From: Promethearchaeota archaeon
GTDB taxonomy: Archaea; Asgardarchaeota; Lokiarchaeia; Sigyniarchaeales; SOKP01
Assembly (NCBI GenBank): GCA_016839555.1
Contig: JAEOUA010000006.1
Location: 480,001-544,000, forward strand
Reading direction: 5' to 3'
Length of the DNA stretch: 64,000 nt
Position 1 is the first letter of the stretch; the number at the start of each line of letters is the position of its first letter. Both the position numbers and the translations under genes were made by a program. This document shows positions 11,201 through 19,823 of the stretch, in pieces. Below the pieces are notes generated by a model. That model was given only the letters and a program-made list of their open reading frames with translations, was not told the origin of the DNA and ran no database searches.

Positions 11201-12098
11201 GGAGATAACGATTTTTAATCGGGTTCGGAGTATAACTTTCATCTACTGCTGAATTATTTATTTCTGTAAAAGTGGGGAGATCTAAGCCAAATAGTTCATA
11301 GGTCATATTAACATCTCCAGTGGAAGTGAAATCAAGTGTTAATATAGTTGAATTAAATTCGGTTTTTGATAATCTTGTTTCTAATTCGTCTATATTATTG
11401 GCATGTACACTATTTTCCATAATAAAAGGAATAGGAAATAGATTAGGTATTACAAAGGAACTATAACCTGTTTGATTTGGAGATAATGGCATTGAGATAT
11501 TAAGTATATCTAGTCCTGGATATTTTGAGATATAAGCGCTATACGGATAAAAATTATAAGTGCTTTGAGTAGAAGTGCTTTGCCATGTTGTCCCAGTAAA
11601 CTCATCAAAACATTCATATTTCCACAAGCTACCTAGAACACTATCAATATTATCGTAATCATATATTCTAAATGCTTCAGAATTTGATAATAAAAAGGCC
11701 CCAATTAATCCTGCAAACAAGGAAAGATCTAAATCATCAATATTTCCATCGATCATATCAGAATATTGATCTAAGAGATCATCTAAAAGATTGTCTAATT
11801 GATCAGGTGTTAAAGTTATATTAAGATCATTAAGCCAATCTGCAAGATCTTGTGGATCTAATATATTTGCTAAAGCATTTGGATCCCAAGGTAATGGAGG
11901 GACTGTAAGGATAGGTTGATAGGGAATCGTACTTAATAAATTCTCATTAGGTTCAAGACGCTTTGAATCAGTTAACCAATTAAAAAGAGTCACAGAAAAT
12001 GTTAACGCTGCGATTAAAAGCCCAACAAGCAGTATAACCCCCACAACTCTCTTTTTAGAGATACCAGAACTTAAAAGTTCTTCTTCTAGCTCAATCAT
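8277..12098 (-). CDS. Large surface protein with transglutaminase-like core (catalytic Cys/His replaced) and multiple Ig-like repeats
   Basis: TGase core GVWSDFVSAF...GLACRYVDGY...YNWAEIY...WVQFD; repeated TDxNG/TxxNG motifs; N-terminal TM; sequon-rich. Confidence 0.8.
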   Translation of the reverse strand: MIELEEELLSSGISKKRVVGVILLVGLLIAALTFSVTLFNWLTDSKRLEPNENLLSTIPYQPILTVPPLPWDPNALANILDPQDLADWLNDLNITLTPDQLDNLLDDLLDQYSDMIDGNIDDLDLSLFAGLIGAFLLSNSEAFRIYDYDNIDSVLGSLWKYECFDEFTGTTWQSTSTQSTYNFYPYSAYISKYPGLDILNISMPLSPNQTGYSSFVIPNLFPIPFIMENSVHANNIDELETRLSKTEFNSTILTLDFTSTGDVNMTYELFGLDLPTFTEINNSAVDESYTPNPIKNRYLQLPPDINTYINAHPYFENHYNNLDGIIQDGDNAATIAAKIQNYLENNFVFSASAIFSNPPASGDDIVEWFCQYQEGVWSDFVSAFCAFSRAFGLACRYVDGYNTRNLQEIYDPAEVKNVIPIMQSNIYNWAEIYVPTSTDGSGNWVQFDVCENISPFNATTGGFNISISTNFTEGYRNVGNVANISATLTSINQSVANRIITFRDLSMNKIIYAVSTDQNGNAWTTVDINNSQTIGVHYISATYSSAVDYTNYTITGPTTNINLNLTDVSPSTVNISNGETVNVQGYLEDPLNGYRVSHAYISFLLFNKGSPLAIPNALIPFGNITDDNGEFDISLTPDNSLPSGEYEIQADFNGTWIFYTGINFSIDTYPFINDSSNRLDLNITKEQIYSIWFYINDIEASNNTAPVVARPSTVDLKAKLLNETGESVSGQDISFFSYTGLLIGQNTTNSNGIALYTYNINDNIPAGPNKIYARYGSFENSSYFILDDKINLNLTSCPDNLNVSRSGTTDRIFRIIGTLEDSESNPIRFGGVSLKIYDGTNEVSVSYLNFLGSFEGSNDNGDIYLEYTVNGGTPTKNYKLSLEFNGNFFYPDYIFNLNYITNFADNFNSTNDLKVYDLDEISIIFKIEGNHTRTNYNNIDPPETYQNGENALFEVWINKSDTYAPADSIVYLIDVYTNTELDRHKFEVIDKGYWNFSIPINTLHSGLHKINVRYGEDGAPYYDTYNSTYIVINETATINIFQSEFSVQRVVDGFEISGNVLNGSSPLRSLEMGIYLLNSENQDLSQYLNFAPGYSQYTFTDANGEFTFLINSIDNDTLQQGRYIIIIDFNGTISDSGIYLSNYMVNFSSSLNINLTAGTQIIQQDYYTLKWETEYPEYWVDTDTLIVIGNLTWDNNTGIADMYINVTVKDLAGNIIAYNDTVQTDQFGGFNVSIYIHPSDPWPNYRSDSEIWVYFNPTDNDLDYVNPSNKQFT

Positions 12099-12203
12099 GA
12101 ATAAAAACTTATTTTAAAATCTACTCTAATTTTATTTAGATATTAATCTAAATTTAGATATAAAAAGTTTATTCTAATAGTAAAAAAATAAGGAGAAAAG
12201 GGC

Positions 12204-13301
12204 CTAAAAACAATCCCAATAAGGAGATAAATTGTCTTTCAAATAAGGAATAAGTTTTACATTTATGTATTGTAATAACTCTGGATTAGATTCTCTTGAG
12301 GATTCTTTTATTAAAGTCTCCTCGGGTTCCTCATTTAATACCATCAGGCAATTATGAACTGCTTTAGCTTGTTTATCTAATTGATAACCTCCCTCTAAAG
12401 TTATCAAGATTCTTCCTTCAGCATATTTATCGGCAATTTTTTTTATTTTTTTCAGATATTCTGCCGGTCCTTGGTATGTCCATCCCATATTCGTAAGGCG
12501 GTCCGTGTGATGGGTATCAAATCCCGCCGAAATAAGAATAAATTCAGGAACAAATTCATTCAATACAGGTTCAATAATTTCCTCAAAAAATATCATTATG
12601 ATATCCTCAGCTGCTCGCGGGGGCATAGGATAATTTATTATTTTTCCTTTTCCCCTTCCTGAACCGATTTCATCTGGGAATCCACTTCCAGGATAAAGAG
12701 TTCTTCCATCTTGATGAGATCCAAAAAGAACAACCTCTCCCTTTTCTGAAGGACTTCCGCTAAAAAAGATGTCTTGCGTGCCATTTCCATGATGGCAATC
12801 CCAATCAATAATAGCAATTCGTTTAAAACCTTTTTCTCTAATAAGATATTCGGTACCAATAGCGATATTATTAAATATGCAGAAGCCAGCACATCTATAC
12901 GCGTTTGTATGGTGCCCTGGAGGTCTTACAAGCGCAAAACCGTTATTAACATCCTTAGATAAGATTTGATCAATCCCCTCTAAATTTCCCCCTACGGAAT
13001 AAAGTGATGCTTCATAGGTCTTTGGAGATACTAAAGTATCCATATCTAGACTCTGAACGTGACCTGTTGAGGCTGCTCGTTCGCTAATTTTTTTAACTTG
13101 AGTAATTAATTGATCCGTATGGACATATTTAATTTGCTCTAATGTTGCTTCTCTCGGAGTAATAATTTTAAAATCTGGACTCTCCAGAATTCCTTTTTCT
13201 TTAAGAAGATCCATGATAGCTATTAATCTTTCATGACTTTCCACATGGGTACCTATCCGATGTTCTAAATAGATATCATCATAAACAATGCCCGTTGTCA
13301 T
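12204..13301 (-). CDS. Zn-dependent histone deacetylase family (class II/AcuC-like) lysine deacetylase
   Basis: RPPGHH, GFCIFNN, DWDCHHGNGTQ, SAGFD and LEGGY all intact. Confidence 0.95.
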   Translation of the reverse strand: MTTGIVYDDIYLEHRIGTHVESHERLIAIMDLLKEKGILESPDFKIITPREATLEQIKYVHTDQLITQVKKISERAASTGHVQSLDMDTLVSPKTYEASLYSVGGNLEGIDQILSKDVNNGFALVRPPGHHTNAYRCAGFCIFNNIAIGTEYLIREKGFKRIAIIDWDCHHGNGTQDIFFSGSPSEKGEVVLFGSHQDGRTLYPGSGFPDEIGSGRGKGKIINYPMPPRAAEDIIMIFFEEIIEPVLNEFVPEFILISAGFDTHHTDRLTNMGWTYQGPAEYLKKIKKIADKYAEGRILITLEGGYQLDKQAKAVHNCLMVLNEEPEETLIKESSRESNPELLQYINVKLIPYLKDNLSPYWDCF

Positions 13302-13640
13302 AATATATTCAGCTATTTTAGATTAGATTTTTAATAATTTCTTTTATATTAATATATTTTCGTACCTTATAATAAAGATTTAGATTTTTAAATTAAATCT
13401 TTTTCTTTTTATAGGAGAAGAATTTCAAATCATTTATGAGCTTTAAAAGCAATTTTCGGTAAACTGATTCAAAAATTAGTAGGTTTTTCAATTCATAAAA
13501 GACAGAGTTTAATTTATTCCTATTAAATGAATTTGGATCAAAATTAGTTAAACTTTTTCTTTCATTATTAAATATGTAGATATATAATTTATAGAAAAAT
13601 ACTAACTCTTAATTTTAGGAATTAATAGGTTCATAAGGTC

Positions 13641-14174
13641 ATGAGTGAAGATAATAACATAATTAAACTAAAAATAATTATTGTGGGCGAGCCAGCTGTA
13701 GGTAAGACTAGTTTAGTAATGAGATTTATCTCCGATAGATTTTCCAAGGATTATAGGAGCACGATTGGAACAAATATATTTATGAAAAATATTGAATTAG
13801 AAAACGGGATAACAAAACTTACATTATGGGATATAGCGGGCCAGGAAAAATGGTTAAATATGCGCCATAAATATTATAGAGGTGCTCAAGGCGCAATAAT
13901 AGTGGGCGATTTAACAAGAGAAAATACATTTAATCAAATAGAGGAATTTTGGTATAAAGATTTAAAAAAATATTTAAAAAATATTCCAATTTTCTTAATT
14001 GGAAATAAAAATGACCTAGAATCTCAAATATCAGAAGATTATATTAAGAGTTTGGAAAAGCGGATTAAAGCTGAAGCATCGATTATAACATCAGCGAAAA
14101 CAGGTGATAATGTAAATGAGGTTTTTATAAAATTATCAAAAAAAATTATAGAATATAATAAGAATAAAAATTAA
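13641..14174 (+). CDS. Rab-like small GTPase (Ras superfamily)
   Basis: G1 GEPAVGKT, G2 STIG, G3 WDIAGQE, YYRGA, G4 NKND, G5 SAK; no C-terminal Cys. Confidence 0.95.
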   Translation: MSEDNNIIKLKIIIVGEPAVGKTSLVMRFISDRFSKDYRSTIGTNIFMKNIELENGITKLTLWDIAGQEKWLNMRHKYYRGAQGAIIVGDLTRENTFNQIEEFWYKDLKKYLKNIPIFLIGNKNDLESQISEDYIKSLEKRIKAEASIITSAKTGDNVNEVFIKLSKKIIEYNKNKN

Positions 14175-15157
14175 GCTGTAAGATCGATCACCATTTTTAT
14201 AAATTTTCTTTCTCCAGGCTCTAAATAGGAATTAAATAAATTTTGGAGATTTTCTAGTTTTACTGTCTTGGAAATAAATTTGTCTAAAGGAATATCATTA
14301 TTTCTAATCAAATCTATGGCTGCCAAAATATCTTCTCTATCATGTCCTAGACAACCTTTGATGCCTAACTCTTTTGAATTAATCAAGAATGAGGGAAATT
14401 CTATAGTGCCTTTATGAATTCCTTCCAATAAGATAGTTCCTCCACGCATTATTATATCGATTCCTAGTAAAATAGTTTCTTGATTCGCCACACAATCAAA
14501 AATAAAAGTTGGCTCTCCCTTTTCTTTGAAATATTTTTTGATTTTTGCTTTTCGAGGGGGTATTGCCTCATCTGCGCCAAACTCTAATGCTTTTTCCCGT
14601 AGGAAAGTGTGTGGTTCAATAACAATGATATATTCAGGGTTTTTTTCCACTAGCAATGCCTTTAAGAAACATAATCCGATATTTCCTCCTCCAATAATCA
14701 TAATTTTCTCATTATCTTGAACCCGCGATAATTTCATAGCTCTGGTAATATTAGCAAACGATTCAATCATTATTGCTTCTTTAAGTGGGATATTTTTAGG
14801 TATATGAAATAAATATTTCTGAGGTACCTTTACAAATTCCGCATAACCACCATTTTGAAAGATACCTAATCCCCCTAATTCTCCCCCGCTTATATCCAAT
14901 TTTACATTGATGGCACATACTCTATCTCCTGGACTGAAATTTTCAATATTTTTTCCTACTTCTTCAATAACACCAGATATTTCATGGCCCATTATGAGTG
15001 GTGTTTGATATATTTTATTTTTAAAATTGTGGACATCAGAGCCACATATACCACAATAAGCGGTCTTAAGTAAAACATCGTCAAATCCTATGGTAGGCAT
15101 TGGATAGTCTTCATAATATACAATTTTCTTTTTCTCCTCAAATACGGCAGCTTTTAT
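14171..15157 (-). CDS. Zn-dependent medium-chain alcohol dehydrogenase (MDR family); start extended to ATA at 15157
   Basis: CGICGSDVH, GHE and GGGNIG motifs; frame extends 19 codons upstream of the track's ATG (15100) to (I)KAAVFEEKKKI, bounded by in-frame TGA TAA; structural-Zn cysteine lobe absent. Confidence 0.85.
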   Translation of the reverse strand: MKAAVFEEKKKIVYYEDYPMPTIGFDDVLLKTAYCGICGSDVHNFKNKIYQTPLIMGHEISGVIEEVGKNIENFSPGDRVCAINVKLDISGGELGGLGIFQNGGYAEFVKVPQKYLFHIPKNIPLKEAIMIESFANITRAMKLSRVQDNEKIMIIGGGNIGLCFLKALLVEKNPEYIIVIEPHTFLREKALEFGADEAIPPRKAKIKKYFKEKGEPTFIFDCVANQETILLGIDIIMRGGTILLEGIHKGTIEFPSFLINSKELGIKGCLGHDREDILAAIDLIRNNDIPLDKFISKTVKLENLQNLFNSYLEPGERKFIKMVIDLTA

Positions 15158-15358
15158 TGTTTATCACTTTTCTATAATATTTAAATTAAAATTTAATTCT
15201 TTATAATTTAATATTTGATTTGAATTAATTAAGATTTCTAATTAAAAGAAGGAGTTAAAAATTTAAATCATAAGTTTTAATCTAATCGCTATATTTAATT
15301 AATCATACGAGATTATTAATAAAAAATTTTATCTAAATACACACAATAGGGATTTTTA

Positions 15359-17212
15359 TTGGTTTTTGGTTTTATAGGAAAAATACTCAAAATAGATTTA
15401 ACTAAACTTATTTTTAGATTTGAATCGATTAATTTAGAGTATAAGAATAAGTTTTTAGGAGGAGCTGGATATTCTTGTCGTTATTTAATAGAGAGACTGA
15501 ATGGGAATACCGATCCTTTATCTAAGGATAATATTTTAATGATAATGACGGGCCCTCTATGTGGAACTGCCGCACCATCCTCAAGCAGATTTGTTTTATG
15601 TAGTAAATCTCCTTATACAAAATTATGGGGGGAGTCTAATTGTGGAGGATATTTTGGACCAGAATTGAAAAAGGCAGGATATGATGGAATAATTATAGAA
15701 GGGAAAGCAAAAGATCCTGTTTATATAAATATAGATGATGATATAGTTGAAATAATTACAGATAAAACCCTTTGGGGAAAATCTATAAGGGAAACTCGGG
15801 ATATATTATTAAATAAAACACATAATTCAAAAGCGAAAACACTCTGCATAGGACAAGGTGGGGAAAACTTAGTAAAATTTGCCACTATCAATTCGGATGG
15901 AAGAAGTGCAGGACGTACTGGAATGGGTGCAGTAATGGGATCTAAAAATTTAAAGGCAATTATCGTGAAAGGAAAAACTTCAAAAACAAAAATAGGAAAT
16001 CCGAAAAAGTTTAAAGAAGCCAATAAGAAAATTTTAAAATTCATCTTAAACACTGATACTATTGATATACTGCGATCCTACGGGACAAGTTCAGGAGTTT
16101 TAAATACATATGCTTTAGGTGATTTACCGATTAAATATTGGTCATTAGGTAAATGGAAAGATGTAATGGATATTTCGGCTGAAAACTATAAGGAAAATCT
16201 TTTCATTAAAAAGAGTGCATGTTATGGATGTCCTATAGCTTGTGGGAGAATTATAGATATTAATAATGAATATTATAATGCGGAGGCGATAGAAGGTCCG
16301 GAGTATGAAACCATCGCAGGATTTGGATCCATGATTTTAAATAATAATTTAGAATCAATAGCAATTGCGAATGATCTATGTAATGAATACGGATTAGATA
16401 CTATAAGTACAAGCAGTATCATAGCTTTATTATTTAAGCTCTATAATGAAAAAAAAATTAATAAAAATGATATTGATGGCTTAAAGCTGGAATGGGGAAA
16501 TTATGAAGTATTATATCCCCTTATAAAAAAAATAGCCTTTCGAGAAGGGATTGGAAATCTCTTAGCGGAAGGTTCAGATGCTGTAGGAAAACATTTTGGA
16601 ATTTCTAAAGAAGAAATTGCCACAGTCAATTCATTGGAAGTGCCTTATCATGATATGAGATCGTGCTATGGAATGGCTATAACATATTTATTTAGTCCTA
16701 GAGGGGCATGCCATACTACCGCTGATGCATATAAGGCGTTAAGAAAAGCTAATGAGATTGATTTCTCCTCTCTTAACATAGGAAAGACTGATATTCATTC
16801 CAATACAAAAGAATTGGTAAAATATACTGCAAATCTCCAGGATTATAGAGCATTATATTCAAGTTTAATTTCATGTGTATTTTTTAATCCTCCACCTTCT
16901 TATCTGGCAGAAATGATTAATTCCTTACTCGGGTATGAATATAATTTAAATGATTTCAAAATCTTAGGAGAGCGGATCTTTACAATAAAACGATTATTTA
17001 ATTTACGAATGGGGCTTACTCCAAAAGATGAAAAAATTCCTCAAGTTCTTCTTAAACCTAAGAAAGAAGGTGTTGTAAGAGGTAAATATCCAAATTATAA
17101 AAAATTGAAAATTTACTATTATGAAACTAGAAAATGGGATAAAAAGACTGGATATCCCAGTGAAGAAAAACTGAAGTTTCTAGGATTAAAAGATTTAGTT
17201 TACTTTTTTTAG
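15359..17212 (+). CDS. aor: Tungsten-dependent aldehyde:ferredoxin oxidoreductase family
   Basis: KSPYT..WGESNCGG, GRTGMGAVMGSKNLKAI, CYGCPIACG, EGPEYET, GLDTIS, RGACH. Confidence 0.93.
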   Translation: MVFGFIGKILKIDLTKLIFRFESINLEYKNKFLGGAGYSCRYLIERLNGNTDPLSKDNILMIMTGPLCGTAAPSSSRFVLCSKSPYTKLWGESNCGGYFGPELKKAGYDGIIIEGKAKDPVYINIDDDIVEIITDKTLWGKSIRETRDILLNKTHNSKAKTLCIGQGGENLVKFATINSDGRSAGRTGMGAVMGSKNLKAIIVKGKTSKTKIGNPKKFKEANKKILKFILNTDTIDILRSYGTSSGVLNTYALGDLPIKYWSLGKWKDVMDISAENYKENLFIKKSACYGCPIACGRIIDINNEYYNAEAIEGPEYETIAGFGSMILNNNLESIAIANDLCNEYGLDTISTSSIIALLFKLYNEKKINKNDIDGLKLEWGNYEVLYPLIKKIAFREGIGNLLAEGSDAVGKHFGISKEEIATVNSLEVPYHDMRSCYGMAITYLFSPRGACHTTADAYKALRKANEIDFSSLNIGKTDIHSNTKELVKYTANLQDYRALYSSLISCVFFNPPPSYLAEMINSLLGYEYNLNDFKILGERIFTIKRLFNLRMGLTPKDEKIPQVLLKPKKEGVVRGKYPNYKKLKIYYYETRKWDKKTGYPSEEKLKFLGLKDLVYFF

Positions 17213-17387
17213 ACTTTTTATTCATTTATTTTCTATACCATTCATTTCTCTTCTATATTATTCACTTCTTGTCTTTTTTTCAATCGAAATAATGCATATC
17301 AAATTCTAAAGCTATAAATTAAAAGAATTAAATTTAGATAAAATCAATTTTTAAATAATAAATAAAACAAATTTTGGATGACTCACA

Positions 17388-18107
17388 ATGGAAGAATTTG
17401 TAGGCAGTGAAGAGCATATCGAAGGAGGAGGGAAAATTCGGAGCATTATCTTAGGATTTAATGATGGGCTTATCTCTGTATTCACTCTATTAGTTGGAGT
17501 CGCCGCGGCAACTTTAAATGAAGGGAATACTGTTGTTATTCTTACAGGGGTTGCCGCGATGGTATCAGGTGCCATAAGTATGGGGCTGGGGGAATATATT
17601 TCCAGTAAGAGTGAAATAAAGTATATCAAAAATGAATTAAAACGAGAAAGAGCAGAAATAAAACTATTTCCGGATGAAGAAAAAGAAGAAGTAAGACAAA
17701 TAATGAAAAAATGGGGTTTTAAAGGCCAACAATTAGATGATTCTGTTGAGACTATTATTTCTGATGAAGAGACATGGGTTGATTTTCTTACTAAAAGCGA
17801 ATTAGGGCTTGAAGAACCCGGTAATCCACTAATAGGTGGAATAATAACGTTCTTCTCATTTATTTTGGGATCCATAATCAGTTTATTTCCATATTTCATA
17901 AATTTAGGAATAATTTCTCTTATCTTGAGCTCAATAATTTCATTTAGTATGCTTTTTGTTGTTGGAGCCGTTAAAGTGAAAATAACTGGAGAAAATCCAT
18001 GGAAAAGCGGAATAGAAATGCTAGTTATAGGGATTATCGCATTTATAGCTTCATATGGGATTGGAACATGGTTAGATATAATCCTCCCCTCAAGCCAAGG
18101 GGCATAG
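17388..18107 (+). CDS. VIT1/CCC1 family Fe/Mn transporter
   Basis: ILGFNDGL, GAISMGLGEYIS, Glu-rich cytoplasmic loop, C-terminal TMs. Confidence 0.92.
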   Translation: MEEFVGSEEHIEGGGKIRSIILGFNDGLISVFTLLVGVAAATLNEGNTVVILTGVAAMVSGAISMGLGEYISSKSEIKYIKNELKRERAEIKLFPDEEKEEVRQIMKKWGFKGQQLDDSVETIISDEETWVDFLTKSELGLEEPGNPLIGGIITFFSFILGSIISLFPYFINLGIISLILSSIISFSMLFVVGAVKVKITGENPWKSGIEMLVIGIIAFIASYGIGTWLDIILPSSQGA

Positions 18108-18119
18108 TAATAAAAACTA

Positions 18120-18398
18120 TTAGATACCCAAAATCTTTATCTTTCCTTTTTTATTAATCACTCCAACCACAGTAGAAACTCTTTTAGAATAAGACCGAGA
18201 AGAGAAGATACTTATTAATTTATCATCAAAATATTTTTTATAACCATTTTTTTGTTTTTCATGGGATCGGATTATATAATTTATTTTATTGTTTTCGATG
18301 AAATTGAAAAATGCGTCTTCCCCAAAACGCTTTACTCCCGGCCCTCGACTACTCCATTTGAATTCTTTAACCCTTTTATGCGGGTCATTCCATAATAA
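18120..18398 (-). pseudogene. C-terminal fragment of a PPP-family Ser/Thr protein phosphatase (absent from the ORF track)
   Basis: Manual translation: LLWNDPHKRVKEFKWSSRGPGVKRFGEDAFFNFIENNKINYIIRSHEKQKNGYKKYFDDKLISIFSSRSYSKR...ILGI*; preceded by in-frame TGA TAA; no start codon and no GDxHG/GDxVDRG/GNHE. Confidence 0.85.
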
Positions 18399-18413
18399 TT
18401 ATCATTTAATAAT

Positions 18414-19110
18414 GTGATTAAAGTGGATTGTTCATGGAGTTATCATAAAAAGTGCGAAGTTCTTAATTCAAAAGATGAACGGATTTTCTTTTTTAAACAT
18501 GTAAGAGAATATTACTTTTCTGAGATATTAGGACTTCATTTAACTCATTACTTTTTTGATCCTGAATTATTTACTTCCTCATATCTCACAGAAATATATA
18601 TAAAAAAGGGAAAGTTAAAAACAAGTGAGGTTCCATACTTCTTTACTAGCTTTGTAAAGGGGAGAGAGATAGCGCACTATGATATAAATGAATATAAATT
18701 CCCTTTAGGGAGACAATTTTATTTACATGAAATTCTTTCTCTTTATGATGTATATGACCGCTATTTTATCGATAAGGACAAAAATTTATCGTAAGGATTG
18801 ATTTTGGTCGCTCATTTGAAAATACTCATAAAAAATATTTAGGATTTAATGATTATTTAGAAGATAAAGGAATAAATCTCTCTGATGAGGAATTACAGAG
18901 AGGGTATGCAAAGAGAAAGAGATCATTAAGAAGAACTTATAAGGGAAAAAAAATGAATTAGCTCAATTTGTGAGAAAAGTTAAAATGCTTAATATGGATA
19001 GTGAATTGATTTTTTTTCCCATAGAGAGGTTTGTGAATAGATTAATAGATCATTGGAGTAGGATCGGATTTTTAAATGATATGAATTTAACAAAAATCAA
19101 TTGGATATAA
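18414..19110 (+). pseudogene. Frameshifted HipA/PI3K-like atypical kinase remnant
   Basis: 126-aa ORF (FFKHV..SEILGLHL..LYDVYDRYFI) continues in another frame as IVRIDFGRSFENTH..., then shifts again near 18910 (KEKEIIKKNL*GKKNELAQF...INWI*, stop ends 19110). Confidence 0.6.
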
Positions 19111-19120
19111 AAATATCAAA

Positions 19121-19696
19121 TTAATCAAAAGTAATTTCTTTGTAGAAGTCCTTAGAGTGATCGCAAATAGGACAAATTTCGGGAGGTTCTAAAAATTCAA
19201 CATTTCCACAAATTTGGCACACATAAATCTTTTGTTTTTTAACACTCTTCCCTTTTTTAAGTTTTTTAAGATATTTAGAGAAGAGATCAGCATGTACCCT
19301 TTCAGCATCTCGAGCTAAAGAGAAGGATAATTCTGGGATGTCTTTACCTTCAGAAGATGCGTTTTTCTCAAATTGTTTATACATTTTTTTTGTCTCATAT
19401 ATTTCACCTTCAATGGCATCTTGCAGATTTGAAATCGTATCTTTTACTATTTGTTTTAATTCTTCCTCATTTATAGTCACAATATCATTTATTTTTACTT
19501 CTGAACCTTGCAAGACTGATAATGCTCTCAAATGATTCTTTATATGTATACTTTCGGCAAATGAAACTGCTTTGAAGAGATGAGCGATTTCGGGATGATT
19601 TTTTTCTTTCGCTTTTTGAGCATACAGTTCATATTTGCGTTTTGCATTGCTCTCTCCATTTAATGCTTCCTTTAAATTTTCTATAACTAGTGACAT
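19121..19696 (-). CDS. rbr: Rubrerythrin
   Basis: Diiron motifs GES..., ESIH, EGE..E, ERVH; rubredoxin-like CQICG...CPIC. Confidence 0.93.
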   Translation of the reverse strand: MSLVIENLKEALNGESNAKRKYELYAQKAKEKNHPEIAHLFKAVSFAESIHIKNHLRALSVLQGSEVKINDIVTINEEELKQIVKDTISNLQDAIEGEIYETKKMYKQFEKNASSEGKDIPELSFSLARDAERVHADLFSKYLKKLKKGKSVKKQKIYVCQICGNVEFLEPPEICPICDHSKDFYKEITFD

Positions 19697-19823
19697 ATCT
19701 TATTTTTCAAAAATTATTTTTCTTTTTTATCTTAATTTTTATTTTTTATAAATCTTAATAATTAGAAAAAGAAAATTGTAAAAATTTGGGGATAAAATCT
19801 TATAAACTAAAAAATCGTCCATT

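Noticed and set aside
18780-18935. Programmed frameshifts or introns in the kinase-like gene
   Set aside because: Two shifts plus a nonsense codon, a truncated neighbour and no junction structure fit pseudogene decay better
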